Of a DNA stretch of 64,000 nt, positions 41,257-51,879 are shown one piece after another. The DNA is from Desulfobacterales bacterium. Its GTDB lineage: Bacteria; Desulfobacterota; Desulfobacteria; Desulfobacterales; UBA5852. The stretch is from contig CAXXVS010000003.1 of assembly GCA_963674755.2 (NCBI GenBank), forward strand, positions 608,001-672,000. The letters are read 5' to 3'. Each line of letters starts with the position of its first letter. Position 1 is the first letter of the stretch. The notes below the pieces were generated by a model. It saw only the letters and a program-made list of their open reading frames with translations, was not told the DNA's origin and made no database searches. Both the position numbers and the translations under genes were made by a program.

Positions 41257-41408
41257 CCATAAAAATCGTCTTCCAGGGCCTTCAGCTCTTCTTCCAGGCG
41301 CCGGCGTTCGTCTTCGGCCAGATCCTCGTTTCTGAGCCGCGCCTGCAGACCGGCCAACAGCATTTCGATGCGGTAGTCACTGCATCCGTAGCGGGATGGG
41401 GTCGGCAT
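41253..41408 (-). CDS. Small hypothetical protein (51 aa, below the ORF-track cutoff)
   Basis: MPTPSRYGCSDYRIEMLLAGLQARLRNEDLAEDERRRLEEELKALEDDFYG; overlaps the upstream stop (TGATG) and the downstream TTG start. Confidence 0.65.
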   Translation of the reverse strand: MPTPSRYGCSDYRIEMLLAGLQARLRNEDLAEDERRRLEEELKALEDDFYG

Positions 41409-42052
41409 CAAAACCCCCTTAAAAGCTTGGCGGATTCTCGGTAGATCCGGTAAAAGATATCGTTGTCGGTGATAGCGGAGCTGAGAATTTTGCCGAACTC
41501 GTTGATATTTTTCATGTTGATGATCATGTTGACGCTCTTGTTGAGGGCCAGCATGTGGTCCATGGTCCGGTAGCGGTTGCTGATCAGGCAGACGAAGATG
41601 GTGCGCCGGGTACTCATGGGCAGACGTTCTATGAAGAGCAACACACCATTGGTATCGGGATTGGTGGTGTCGAAAGATTCGTTGACCACAATAACGTTGT
41701 AGTTGTGATAGCGCATTTTTTTAAGGGCTTCACGGGTGTTGCTGACGGTGGTGATATGGTACTCCATCAACTCCAACACCGATGAAATTTTCTCCCTCAC
41801 GGCCGGGTCCGGTTCGCATATCAAAGCTGTCAGGGCATCTTCTTCAATGAAATCAAATGGTTTTTCGGATGCGTCATAGCGCTCGGCACCGGCTTTGTCT
41901 TCATCCGACGCAGGCGCTCCGGCCTTCTCCTGGGCCGCGATGGTGATCTTGCTTTTGCACTTGGGGCAGGCGGCCCGGATGCTTTTTCCGGCAGGAATTT
42001 TGTCGTCGGGAACATTGAAGCGGGCCTGGCAGGATTCGCAAACAACCTCCAT
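41408..42052 (-). CDS. Zinc-ribbon (MJ0042-like) plus receiver-like domain protein
   Basis: CESC...CPKC; C-terminal REC-like fold; AGGAG RBS. Confidence 0.82.
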   Translation of the reverse strand: MEVVCESCQARFNVPDDKIPAGKSIRAACPKCKSKITIAAQEKAGAPASDEDKAGAERYDASEKPFDFIEEDALTALICEPDPAVREKISSVLELMEYHITTVSNTREALKKMRYHNYNVIVVNESFDTTNPDTNGVLLFIERLPMSTRRTIFVCLISNRYRTMDHMLALNKSVNMIINMKNINEFGKILSSAITDNDIFYRIYRESAKLLRGF

Positions 42053-42126
42053 CTTCCCTATCTCCTCTTTTTCATGCGTACGCCAAGCTGATCGCCTTGC
42101 GATGCCATGCACCGCACGAAGACCCC

Positions 42127-43299
42127 TTAGCGCCGGGGATTTTTGCGGTATTGGTGATCGATTTCAAGGCGATCGATATCGGTCGTGGATTCACCCCGGG
42201 CCGCCTTGACCATATCGATGCCGCGGCCGGCGATTCCCTTGCGCGACGCATAGGCCATGGCCGTTTCCTGGGTGACCAATCCCTGCTCATAGAGATGGAT
42301 GATAAACTCGTCAAAGGTGGACATGCCGAAGGCCGCCCCCTGCTGGATAATCTCATAGAAGGTTTTGCCTTCGCTTTCACCATTGAGGATGCTGTCCTTG
42401 ACGCGGATATTGCCGCGCAGCACCTCGAAGGCGGCCACCCGTCCCCCGCCGACCTTGGGCAACAGACGCTGCCCCACGATCCAGCGGATCGTATCCGCCA
42501 TGCGGATGCGGATCTGGTTTTCCTCTTCCGTCGAGAACATGCCCAGGATGCGGTTGATGGTTTGACCGGCGTCGACCGTATGCAGGGTAGAGAAGACCAG
42601 ATGCCCCGTTTCGGCCGCGCTCAACCCGATTTCCACCGTCTCCCGGTCACGCATTTCACCCACCAGAATCACTTTGGGGGCTTGGCGCAGGGCGGCCCGC
42701 AGGCCGCTGGCATAGCTGTCGAAATCCAGACCCAGTTCGCGTTGATTAAAGGTGCTTTTCTTGTGGGGATGGAGATATTCCACGGGATCTTCCAGAGTCA
42801 CCACATGCACCGATAGGTCTTCATTGATTTTGTCGAGAATCGCCGCCAGGGAGGTGGTTTTACCGGATCCGGTGGCGCCGGTGAAGAGCACGATGCCGTT
42901 TTTTTCCTTGGCGATGTCATAGAAGGATTCCGGCAGGTTCATGCTTTTGATGGTCGGCACTTTGGATTCCAATTTGCGGAGCACGATGGAATAATTGCCG
43001 GTCTGGGAAAAGATATTCACGCGGAAGCGCGCCTTGCCGGGCAGGCTGTGGGAAAGGTCGCAGGACCCCCTTTCCAGCAGATCCCGGGTAAGCCGGCGAT
43101 CTCCGTTGATAAGGTTCAAGGCCATGACTTCGGTCTGAAAAGGCGTCAGCTCTTTTAAGGGCGGACGCATTTCCACCGGCAGCAAAACGCCGGCACTTTC
43201 AACCTGGGGTGGTTTGCCAACCGTCAGATTGAGGTCGGAGACATTTTTATGGGAGTCGAGCATGCGTGTAAGGATGTGGTCGATCTCATTCTTGCGCAT
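42127..43299 (-). CDS. pilU: PilT/PilU family type IV pilus ATPase
   Basis: GATGSGKTT, EDPVE, ALRQAP, GEMRD, STLH; directly follows pilT. Confidence 0.85.
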   Translation of the reverse strand: MRKNEIDHILTRMLDSHKNVSDLNLTVGKPPQVESAGVLLPVEMRPPLKELTPFQTEVMALNLINGDRRLTRDLLERGSCDLSHSLPGKARFRVNIFSQTGNYSIVLRKLESKVPTIKSMNLPESFYDIAKEKNGIVLFTGATGSGKTTSLAAILDKINEDLSVHVVTLEDPVEYLHPHKKSTFNQRELGLDFDSYASGLRAALRQAPKVILVGEMRDRETVEIGLSAAETGHLVFSTLHTVDAGQTINRILGMFSTEEENQIRIRMADTIRWIVGQRLLPKVGGGRVAAFEVLRGNIRVKDSILNGESEGKTFYEIIQQGAAFGMSTFDEFIIHLYEQGLVTQETAMAYASRKGIAGRGIDMVKAARGESTTDIDRLEIDHQYRKNPRR

Positions 43300-43378
43300 C
43301 GGATGATCCTTTCCTCATCCTGTGATGGTAAGGCCGTCTTCCGGGTATGATGGGCGGCATGCTGCGGCCGTCGGCCGG

Positions 43379-44461
43379 CTATGCTTCGGTGAAATCGGCC
43401 GGCGGGCTTTGCAGCAGCGGCCGGAAGCGCCCTTTATCATTGGCTTTCATGTAGGCCTCATCGGCGCTGATCATTCCCTTGTTCAAAAGATCCATGATGG
43501 CATCGTCCAGGAGCATCATGCCGTAGCGTTTCCCGGTTTGGATCATCGAAGGGATCTGATGCGTTTTGCCCTCGCGGATGAGATTACGCACCGCCGCGGT
43601 GGCAATCAGAATTTCCAGGGCGACACAGCGGCCTTTGATGTCGATCCGTTTAAACAGCACTTGGGCCACGATAGCCCGCAGGCCATCCGACAGGGTCGAG
43701 CGGATCTGGGCCTGCTGGTCATGCGGAAAGACTTCGATGATGCGGTCGACGGTCTTGGGCGCACTGGGCGTATGCAGGGTGGCAAAGACCAGATGCCCGG
43801 TGGAGGCGGCCTCGATGGCCAGGGACATGGTTTCAAGGTCGCGCATTTCCCCCACCAGAATAATATCGGGGTCTTCACGCAAGGCCCCCCGCAAGGCTGC
43901 CGAAAAGGTTTTGGTATGCAGGCCGACTTCGCGATGGTTGACGATGCAGGACTGGCTTTGGTGCACGAATTCGATGGGGTCTTCGATGGTGATGATGTGG
44001 TCCTTGCGTGTACGGTTGGCCTCATCCACAATAGCGGCCAGGGTTGTGGACTTACCGGAACCGGTGGGGCCGGTGACGAGCACCAGTCCCCGGGGCAGCG
44101 ATGCCAGTTTAGAGAGAACGGGGGGCAGGCCCAGCTGCTCGCAGGTCATGATGGTGTCCGGAATTTCGCGGAAGACGGCCGAGACGCCATTTTTCTGCAT
44201 GAAAAAATTACAACGGTAGCGGGCCAACCCAGGTATCTCGTAGCCAAAATCGATATCACCGGTTTCTTCGAAGACCTTGATTTTGTCTTCCGGGGTTATT
44301 TCATACAGCATGCCCCGTAAATCATCGCTGTTGAGACGTTTGTATTTGATGCGCTCGATCTCGCCGCGAATTCGCAGGGCCGGCTGTTGACCGGCAGCCA
44401 GATGGAGGTCGGAAGCGCCCTGTTCATTGAGGAGCTTAAAAAAGGCATCGATTTTGGCCAT
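43379..44461 (-). CDS. pilT: Type IV pilus retraction ATPase PilT
   Basis: GPTGSGKSTT, ALREDPD, AVRNLIRE. Confidence 0.95.
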   Translation of the reverse strand: MAKIDAFFKLLNEQGASDLHLAAGQQPALRIRGEIERIKYKRLNSDDLRGMLYEITPEDKIKVFEETGDIDFGYEIPGLARYRCNFFMQKNGVSAVFREIPDTIMTCEQLGLPPVLSKLASLPRGLVLVTGPTGSGKSTTLAAIVDEANRTRKDHIITIEDPIEFVHQSQSCIVNHREVGLHTKTFSAALRGALREDPDIILVGEMRDLETMSLAIEAASTGHLVFATLHTPSAPKTVDRIIEVFPHDQQAQIRSTLSDGLRAIVAQVLFKRIDIKGRCVALEILIATAAVRNLIREGKTHQIPSMIQTGKRYGMMLLDDAIMDLLNKGMISADEAYMKANDKGRFRPLLQSPPADFTEA

Positions 44462-44571
44462 GCATATCTCCTGATGGGGGTGTGCGGGGATTCAACCAGG
44501 GGGCCGGATCGTGTTCAACAGTCTGATTTCTGCCTATCTTTAATCAGCAATGGAAAGATGGACATCGATGG

Positions 44572-45078
44572 TCAGGTGCTGCTGTTGCTGAGAATGGCCA
44601 CCTTGGCATCTTGGTCATCGGCGACTTGCATGCTTTCCCGGCTGATTTTTAGCAGTTTCGCGTGCGCTTCGATGATGGCATTGATTTCGACCTCGATCTG
44701 CACGCGCTGCCGTCTGAGTTCCGTGATATCGCCCTGGAGTTGATTTAACCGGTTCTGCGCACGGTGGACAATCTTATCGCCTTTGATCTCGGCTTCCGCG
44801 ACAATCAATTCGGCCTGCTTTTCGGCATTTTCCCTCATGTTGTCCAAGACTTTTTGGGAATGAATCATGGCCCGCTTGAAAGTTTCTTCCCGCTTTTTCA
44901 AGCCCTGGCTCTCCCGTCGCAGGCGCAGAATTTCTTCTTTGAGGGTTTCGTTTTCACGATGCAGTTGTTCGAACGTATTGGCCATCTGTTCGAGAAACAA
45001 ATCGACTTCCCGCACATCGAAGCCACGAAACCGCATACTAAACTGCTGCTGCTGGATATCGAGAGGAGTAAGTTTCAT
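44572..45078 (-). CDS. divIVA: DivIVA domain protein
   Basis: LTPLDIQQQQF...FRGFDVREVD followed by coiled coil. Confidence 0.9.
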   Translation of the reverse strand: MKLTPLDIQQQQFSMRFRGFDVREVDLFLEQMANTFEQLHRENETLKEEILRLRRESQGLKKREETFKRAMIHSQKVLDNMRENAEKQAELIVAEAEIKGDKIVHRAQNRLNQLQGDITELRRQRVQIEVEINAIIEAHAKLLKISRESMQVADDQDAKVAILSNSST

Positions 45079-45098
45079 AACCGCCTCCTATAAGGGCG

Positions 45099-45404
45099 TC
45101 ATCGCAACGGCAAACTCTGCGACAGATGGAGCAGATAATTCACCACAAAGTTTTGTAAAAAAATGATGATGAGAAAAACAATAACCGGAGAAAAATCGAT
45201 ACCACTGAAACTGACCGGCAGGCGGCGGCGTATCTGGGAGAGAACCGGTTCGGTGATGTTGTATATGACGCGCACGATAGGATTATAAGGATCCGGGCTT
45301 ACCCACGATAGAACAGCACGGGCGATAATGATCCACATGTAAAGGGTCAGCACAATGTTCAGTACGGTGGCCAAGGCCCCTAAAAAATAGCTGAGCAACG
45401 TCAT
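45099..45404 (-). CDS. yggT: YggT family membrane protein
   Basis: LSWVSPDPYNPIV...TEPVL...IDFSP. Confidence 0.92.
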   Translation of the reverse strand: MTLLSYFLGALATVLNIVLTLYMWIIIARAVLSWVSPDPYNPIVRVIYNITEPVLSQIRRRLPVSFSGIDFSPVIVFLIIIFLQNFVVNYLLHLSQSLPLR

Positions 45405-45999
45405 GATCTCCTGATTTTTGTGGCCTATCCCGCGCGATCGCGCGCCGGTGGGCCGGATTTACAGAGCAGTAAATTAACTTCATCAATCTTGACGATAATC
45501 GTCAATAAGTCAAGGGTTTTCCGTGGTATGGGCCTGCCCGCCCAGCTTTGGCAAGAGTCTGCAGCGGGCTAGTCTGACGTGCTTTTGCGGTTGCCCGGGA
45601 TGCCGCCCGGCGGGAAGCCCCTCGCCCATCTGAAAGGCCGCTATGGAAGCCGATTCGGATGGAACGATCCCTGGACCAACAAACCCCATTAGCGAAGATC
45701 CTCACTGAAGGCCATAGGGTCATGCGGGGCGCCTATCGGCCCATCTTGATCGCGGGTTCGTCAAATCCATGACGTGGTTTGTCACATTGCTTGACAAAAT
45801 TTGTCAAACGGTCCAAACAGAAAAGAAGGTCGTTTGCTATTACTACTTGATATTCAAGTCAATACAGGCATCCTTGCGCTCGGCATGTATCTTGCTCTGA
45901 CTATCAATCCGAAGATATGTGTTTTCGGTTGAGCGGCCGGAGCAATCCCCCGAGACGTATCAAACACCGACGGATGCCGTTACTACCGAAAGTAGCCTT

Positions 46000-46719
46000 A
46001 TGTTGGACGTAACCATTACCTATCCGGCAGCCTTTTTCGCCGGGCTATTGTCCTTTTTTTCGCCATGTATACTGCCCCTCATACCGGCCTACTTTACTTT
46101 CATAACCGGCTTGTCGCTGGACGAGTTGACCAGTGCCAAGGCGGGGCGTATTCGCCGGCGGGTCATCATGGCAACCATGGCCTTCGGTCTGGGGTTTTCG
46201 CTGATTTTCATCCTTCTGGGCGCTTCGGCATCCTTCCTGGGCGGGTTGGCGGCACGTTACGATCAAGTATTCCGGGTGACCGGCGGGCTTCTGATCATTG
46301 TTTTCGGTTTGCACCTGACGGGGCTTTGCCGGCTGCCGTTTCTCGAGGTGGAGAAAAGGGTTCAGATCCGGGAAAAGCCGGCCCATGTTCTCGGAACCGT
46401 CCTGGTGGGGATGGCGTTCGGGGCCGGCTGGAGCCCTTGTATCGGTCCCATGCTGGGCTCTATTCTGATTGTGGCGGGCAGCGAGGAATCGGTTCTGCAG
46501 GGTGTCGGTCTGCTGACCGTCTATTCCGCCGGGTTATGGATACCATTTCTGGTGATGTCGGTGTTCATCAATATGATGCTGGGATTTCTCCAAAGGACCC
46601 GGCGAATTTTAAAATTTATCAACGTGGCGGCCGGTACGCTGCTGATCGCACTGGGGATCGCGCTGGTCCTTGATCGTTTCAGCATGCTCTGGTCGTTGAT
46701 TGCGCCGGCGGCCGGCTGA
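46000..46719 (+). CDS. ccdA: Cytochrome c biogenesis protein CcdA
   Basis: FSPCILPLIP and GWSPCIGP motifs. Confidence 0.9.
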   Translation: MLDVTITYPAAFFAGLLSFFSPCILPLIPAYFTFITGLSLDELTSAKAGRIRRRVIMATMAFGLGFSLIFILLGASASFLGGLAARYDQVFRVTGGLLIIVFGLHLTGLCRLPFLEVEKRVQIREKPAHVLGTVLVGMAFGAGWSPCIGPMLGSILIVAGSEESVLQGVGLLTVYSAGLWIPFLVMSVFINMMLGFLQRTRRILKFINVAAGTLLIALGIALVLDRFSMLWSLIAPAAG

Positions 46720-46770
46720 CACCCGCTTCCGCTTGTAGAGCGGAGAAATTTCATGTCAGAGGTGTTACTC

Positions 46771-47202
46771 ATGAAGAAATCATTCTTATTGATCCCTGTT
46801 CTGATCATCATGTTGTGCCTGTCCGGAAGCGTGGTCTTGGCAGGTAAGAAGGGCCAGGCCGACCACATCAATTGGTATAACTACAAGCAGGGCATGTCGC
46901 TGGCGAAAAAGCAGCACAAACGGGTCTACCTCCATTTTTACACCGATTGGTGCAACTATTGTAAAGAGATGAAGCAGACCACCTTTCGCAACCCTTCCGT
47001 CATCAAGCTGCTCAATAATGAGTTTATTGCTATCCGTGTGAATACCAACGAGGAAACGAAGGTCGCCGGCCAGTATCATATCCGACCGGTACCGGATAAT
47101 TGGTTTTTATCGGAAGACGGCACGAAGTTGCGTAATTTCCTAGGCTACTATGAAGCCGAACAGTTCGTAACCGTCCTGCGCTATGTAAACGAACAATTGT
47201 AG
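46771..47202 (+). CDS. Exported thioredoxin-family protein
   Basis: Signal peptide; WCNYC. Confidence 0.88.
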   Translation: MKKSFLLIPVLIIMLCLSGSVVLAGKKGQADHINWYNYKQGMSLAKKQHKRVYLHFYTDWCNYCKEMKQTTFRNPSVIKLLNNEFIAIRVNTNEETKVAGQYHIRPVPDNWFLSEDGTKLRNFLGYYEAEQFVTVLRYVNEQL

Positions 47203-47309
47203 ACGAGGGGATGGCGGGGCTTTAACGCCAATGATCATGAATAGGCTGTGGGGGGCCGGTCGCCACAGCCGGCCGGGCCCCTGCCGTGCCGGGAGCACAA
47301 AGCAGCACG

Positions 47310-47567
47310 CTATCGTGACAAGCGGTCCAAATAGCGGCGAAGCATCCGAATCATAATCGATCCGATGACGCCCAGTCCCAGCATGACCAGCAACAGCGGG
47401 ACCCACACATAGGCGGCAAAAGACGGGGTTTGCAAGGCCACATTAACGCCGGCGCCGCCGAATAGAACCACGGCCAACAGGAAGCCGATTAGAATCCAGC
47501 AGGTCCGCGTGGAATCGTACCATGGGATGATGGCTTTCCTGAAAACGGGGTTTTTATCCTGATGCAT
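47310..47567 (-). CDS. Small two-TM membrane protein
   Basis: MHQDKNPVFRKAIIPWYDS followed by two hydrophobic helices. Confidence 0.65.
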   Translation of the reverse strand: MHQDKNPVFRKAIIPWYDSTRTCWILIGFLLAVVLFGGAGVNVALQTPSFAAYVWVPLLLVMLGLGVIGSIMIRMLRRYLDRLSR

Positions 47568-47675
47568 CGCTGAAGCGTTCACCTTGACGTGCGGTTGAGT
47601 TGGCATTATGGGTTTAGGCAGTTATTGCAACTGGCATAAAACCCATCAAAATGCAAGCTACGGAGTGTCTTGCCA

Positions 47676-48569
47676 ATGAAACCAACCGCGCGAAGCGCCG
47701 GCGCCCTTCTGTCTGTTCTAACCTTTTTCCTGCTTATCTGCTGTACAACGATGCCGAAGCAATTAACCATCAAAAACACCGGCGCCACCTTTCCGGCGGG
47801 GACGATCATTGCCGCCCGCACCGGCCAGCCGATCACCTTTGAAGCGCTGCTGGAAGCGTTGGGCGGCGTCCGCGTGATCTATGTTGGCGAAACCCATACC
47901 AATCGCGAACACCATCTCATACAGACCCGCCTGATCGAAGCCTTGCATGACGCGCGGCCGGATCTTTCCGTTGGTATGGAGATGTTCGATCATCGTTATG
48001 ACCCGGTGCTGGCACTATGGAGCGCCGGTGAGCTTGACCGCGAGGCCTTTATCGAAAAAACCCATTGGTATGCACGCTGTGCCGGGTGGGGATTTCCGTT
48101 CGATCTTTATGCCCCCATTTTTGATGCCATCAAGGCCGATGGCATACGACTCGTGGGGTTGAATGTTCCCTTCTGGATTCCGTCCGAAATCAAAGCCGGC
48201 GGACTGGCCAGCCTGCTGCCCGACGAACGGCGGATGGTGGCCGCGGAGGTCGATACCGGCAATACGGCGCACCGCGCCTACCTAGAATCGGTCTTCCAGG
48301 AAAGTGCCCATCACCATATGCAGTCATCCTTCGCTTTTTTTTATGAAGCGCAGTGTGCCTGGGAGGATACCATGGCGCAATCGATTGCCCGCAAGCTTGG
48401 CAACGGCGCCATGGTGGTCGTGATTGGCAACGGCCATATCCAATACAAATACGGCGTTCCCGAGCGTGCTTACAAACGCAACCCCGTGCCGTTTCGCACC
48501 ATCTACCTGGCGGCCACCGGGTCGGAAGTTGATCTCGATCTGGCGGACTATATTTGGGTGACGCCCTGA
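47676..48569 (+). CDS. ChaN family (heme-uptake-like) lipoprotein
   Basis: YVGETH, GMEMF, WEDTMA, GNGH. Confidence 0.82.
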   Translation: MKPTARSAGALLSVLTFFLLICCTTMPKQLTIKNTGATFPAGTIIAARTGQPITFEALLEALGGVRVIYVGETHTNREHHLIQTRLIEALHDARPDLSVGMEMFDHRYDPVLALWSAGELDREAFIEKTHWYARCAGWGFPFDLYAPIFDAIKADGIRLVGLNVPFWIPSEIKAGGLASLLPDERRMVAAEVDTGNTAHRAYLESVFQESAHHHMQSSFAFFYEAQCAWEDTMAQSIARKLGNGAMVVVIGNGHIQYKYGVPERAYKRNPVPFRTIYLAATGSEVDLDLADYIWVTP

Positions 48570-48617
48570 TCGATTCTGACCGGCAATCCCTATTGCTTGA
48601 AGAGTATCATGTCAAAA

Positions 48618-48669
48618 TAACAATATAGAGTTATTTTATGTTGACATGCCACAATATATTGTGTACTAC
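48618..48669 (+). promoter_or_regulatory. Tandem NrdR boxes overlapping the nrdD promoter
   Basis: TAACAATATAGAGTTA (48618-48633) and CCACAATATATTGTGT (48649-48664) are 31 bp apart; TTGACA (48641) - 17 nt - TACTAC. Confidence 0.8.
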
Positions 48670-48883
48670 CCACCACGATTGATTGCTTACTAAGTTTTTT
48701 CCTTTTATTCGCACCCTCCCATGCCGGCTATTGTTTGCTGAACATCGCCATCGGATACGGCCTTTTAATGGCATTAACCGTATCCTGAAAGTCTTCCCAT
48801 GAAGCAAGCTTGCGCTAAACGTCGGTATCCTTTTTCCAGGAGGGACATCGTACGATTATTCCATACCAGCGGAGTTTCATCCC

Positions 48884-51058
48884 ATGTTTGAAACAATTCG
48901 GAAGCGGGACGGGCGTATTCTGGAATTCGATTCCTCCCAGATTACCCGGGCGATCACCAAGGCGGGGGAGGCTACGGAGGAGTTTGGCGCCCGGGAGGCG
49001 CGCAAGCTGACCTTGCGGGTGCTGACCCTGGCCCATGAGTTGCGACTGGGGCCCCAACCCACGGTGGAAGCGATTCAGGATATCGTCGAGCGGGTCTTGC
49101 TGGATTCCCCGTTTTACCGTTCCGCCAAAGCCTACATATTATATCGCGAGCAGCATGCCCAGATCAGGCAAATGGCCACCAAGGCCAATGTCGACCTCGT
49201 GGAGCACTATATCCGCAAGTTGGACTGGAAGGTGAAGGAAAACAGCAATATGTCCTATTCCCTCCAGGGTCTCAACAACTATATTTCATCGGATGTTACC
49301 ACCGAATACTGGCTCAACCGCATCTATCCGCCCGAGATACGCCAGGCGCATCGCGAGGGCGACATGCATATCCATGACCTCAGTCTGCTGTCCGTCTACT
49401 GTGTGGGATGGGATTTGAAGGATCTGCTGGTGCAGGGGTTTCAGGGCGTGGCAGGCAAGGTGGAAAGTGCCCCGCCTAAGCACCTGCGATCGGCACTAGG
49501 CCAGATCGTCAATTTTTTCTATACCCTGCAAGGCGAGGCGGCCGGTGCGCAGGCGCTGTCCAATTTTGACACCCTTCTGGCCCCCTTCGTGCGGTATGAC
49601 GGTTTGGACTACGGGGAGGTCAAGCAGGCGCTCCAGGAATTCGTTTTCAATATCAATATTCCGACACGGGTCGGCTTTCAGACACCGTTTACCAACATTA
49701 CGATGGATCTGGTGGTGCCGTCCATCCTGAAAGATCACCCGGTGATTGTGGGAGGGATACCCCGCCCCGAGACGTATGCCGATTTTCAGGCGGAAATGAA
49801 TCTGATCAACCGGGCCTTTGCGGACGTGATGATGGCGGGTGATGCCCGCGGGCGCGTCTTCACTTTTCCCATCCCGACCTATAACATCACGGAAGCGTTT
49901 GACTGGGACAACCGGGAACTGGATCCCATCTGGAAAATGACCGGGAAATACGGCATTCCTTATTTTTCCAATTTTGTGAATTCGGACATGTCGCCGGACG
50001 ACGCCCGTTCCATGTGCTGCCGGCTGCGGCTGGACAACCGGGAGCTCTGGAAACGGGGCGGCGGCCTTTTTGGCGCCAATCCCCTGACCGGCTCCATCGG
50101 TGTGGTAACGATCAACCTGCCCCGCATTGGCTATTTGGCCGAGAGTGAAACGGATTTTTTTGACCGGCTCGATCATCAGGTCGGCCTGGCCCGGGACAGC
50201 CTGACCATCAAGCGTAAAGTGCTGGAGCAGTTTACCCGGCAAAACCTTTATCCCTACGCCAAGTTTTACCTGCGAGATGTCAAGGCCGGGGCCGGGCTCT
50301 ACTGGAAGAACCATTTTGCCACCATCGGCCTGGTCGGCATGAATGAGGCCTGCCTTAATTTCCTGGGCGAAGCGATCGGCAACCCTGCCGGGAGATCTTT
50401 CGCCTTGCAGGTAATGGACCACCTGCGTGGATTGATGGCCGACATTCAGGAAGAGACCGGCGATCTGTTCAACCTGGAAGCCACCCCGGCTGAAGGCACT
50501 TCCTATCGTTTGTGCCGGCTCGATAAGAAGAAATATCCGGATATCCGTTGCGCCAATGAAGACGACTACCGCCAGGGGGCGGCACCTTACTACACCAATT
50601 CGACCCAGCTTCCGGTCAACTACACCGATGATCTTTTCGAGACGCTGATCCACCAGGACGATCTCCAGGCCAAATACACCGGCGGTACGGTCCAGCATCT
50701 TTTCCTGGGGGAAATGGTGGAAGATATCGATACCGTCAAGAACCTGGTGCGCAAAGTCACCGGTCGGTTCCGACTGCCCTACTTTACCCTGACGCCCACC
50801 TTCAGCGTGTGCCCCTCCCACGGCTATTTGAAGGGGGAGCAGCCGGAATGCCCCCATTGCCGAGAGGCCACCGAAGTCTATTCCCGGGTTGTGGGCTATC
50901 TCCGACCGGTCAAACAATGGAATGACGGCAAGCAGGCTGAATATGCCAACCGACGGCCGTTTGACTGGCAGCCCTCTACGGAAGCCAGCGAAAGCTCCGG
51001 CGACCTGCCATCACCCAATCCGCCTGTCCCGCAACGGGTGAAGGCGGTTGCTTCCTAA
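48884..51058 (+). CDS. nrdD: Class III (anaerobic) ribonucleoside-triphosphate reductase with ATP cone
   Basis: ATP cone, YCVGW, SMCCRL, ATPAEG, CPSH/CPHC and glycyl-radical motif YSRVVGY. Confidence 0.95.
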   Translation: MFETIRKRDGRILEFDSSQITRAITKAGEATEEFGAREARKLTLRVLTLAHELRLGPQPTVEAIQDIVERVLLDSPFYRSAKAYILYREQHAQIRQMATKANVDLVEHYIRKLDWKVKENSNMSYSLQGLNNYISSDVTTEYWLNRIYPPEIRQAHREGDMHIHDLSLLSVYCVGWDLKDLLVQGFQGVAGKVESAPPKHLRSALGQIVNFFYTLQGEAAGAQALSNFDTLLAPFVRYDGLDYGEVKQALQEFVFNINIPTRVGFQTPFTNITMDLVVPSILKDHPVIVGGIPRPETYADFQAEMNLINRAFADVMMAGDARGRVFTFPIPTYNITEAFDWDNRELDPIWKMTGKYGIPYFSNFVNSDMSPDDARSMCCRLRLDNRELWKRGGGLFGANPLTGSIGVVTINLPRIGYLAESETDFFDRLDHQVGLARDSLTIKRKVLEQFTRQNLYPYAKFYLRDVKAGAGLYWKNHFATIGLVGMNEACLNFLGEAIGNPAGRSFALQVMDHLRGLMADIQEETGDLFNLEATPAEGTSYRLCRLDKKKYPDIRCANEDDYRQGAAPYYTNSTQLPVNYTDDLFETLIHQDDLQAKYTGGTVQHLFLGEMVEDIDTVKNLVRKVTGRFRLPYFTLTPTFSVCPSHGYLKGEQPECPHCREATEVYSRVVGYLRPVKQWNDGKQAEYANRRPFDWQPSTEASESSGDLPSPNPPVPQRVKAVAS

Positions 51059-51073
51059 GGGAGGCCGGAGATC

Positions 51074-51769
51074 ATGATGCATATCGGTGGTCTGCAAAAG
51101 GTATCGATGATCGACTATCCGGGCAAGTTGAGTGCCGTCCTGTTCCTGAGCGGCTGCAATTTTCATTGTCCCTATTGCCATAACCCCGATCTGGCCGCCG
51201 GTACAGCCGGAGCGCGGATTGCCGAGGGAGACGTTATGGCCTACCTCGATGCCCGCCGGAACCTACTGGAGGGCGTCGTTATTTCCGGTGGAGAACCCAC
51301 CCTGCAGCCGGAATTGCCGGATTTGTGTCGCGCCCTCAAGGCCCGCGGATACGCCGTCAAGCTGGATACCAACGGCAGCTTGCCTGAGATGTTACAGACC
51401 CTCATCCAGGATCGGCTCATCGATTGCATCGCCATGGATGTGAAAACCGATCCGGATCGCTACGCCCCGGTATTATGCGCGCCGGATCCGGCGCCGGCCA
51501 TCAAGGCGAGCATCGAGTTGATCATGCGCTCCGGACTGCCATACGAGTTTCGGACCACCTGTTTTAGGCCGCTGATAAGCGCCATGACCATGGGGCGGAT
51601 CGCCTCTTTCATTAAAGGCGCAAAGGCCTATGCAATCCAGAAGTTTTATGCTAAGAAAACCCTTGATCCCGATGCGGGATCGACAAGGGACCATTTTTTT
51701 GACGACAACGAATTGTGGCACCTGAAAGCGATTGCTGAACCGATGGTTGAGTACTGCTTCGTGCGATGA
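51074..51769 (+). CDS. nrdG: Anaerobic RNR activating protein (radical SAM)
   Basis: CNFHCPYC, SGGEPT. Confidence 0.93.
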   Translation: MMHIGGLQKVSMIDYPGKLSAVLFLSGCNFHCPYCHNPDLAAGTAGARIAEGDVMAYLDARRNLLEGVVISGGEPTLQPELPDLCRALKARGYAVKLDTNGSLPEMLQTLIQDRLIDCIAMDVKTDPDRYAPVLCAPDPAPAIKASIELIMRSGLPYEFRTTCFRPLISAMTMGRIASFIKGAKAYAIQKFYAKKTLDPDAGSTRDHFFDDNELWHLKAIAEPMVEYCFVR

Positions 51770-51843
51770 CGTTGCTCCTGCGAATCCTGACCTGATACCG
51801 ACATTTCCAGCGCTTCTCCTGCGATCCGTTTTCGTCAAAGACA

Positions 51844-51879
51844 GACGGCCCGGGTATCCCCCCCGGGCCGTCCCTTTTT
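51844..51879 (+). terminator. Intrinsic terminator after nrdG
   Basis: GACGGCCCGGG...CCCGGGCCGTC stem followed by ccTTTTT. Confidence 0.65.
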
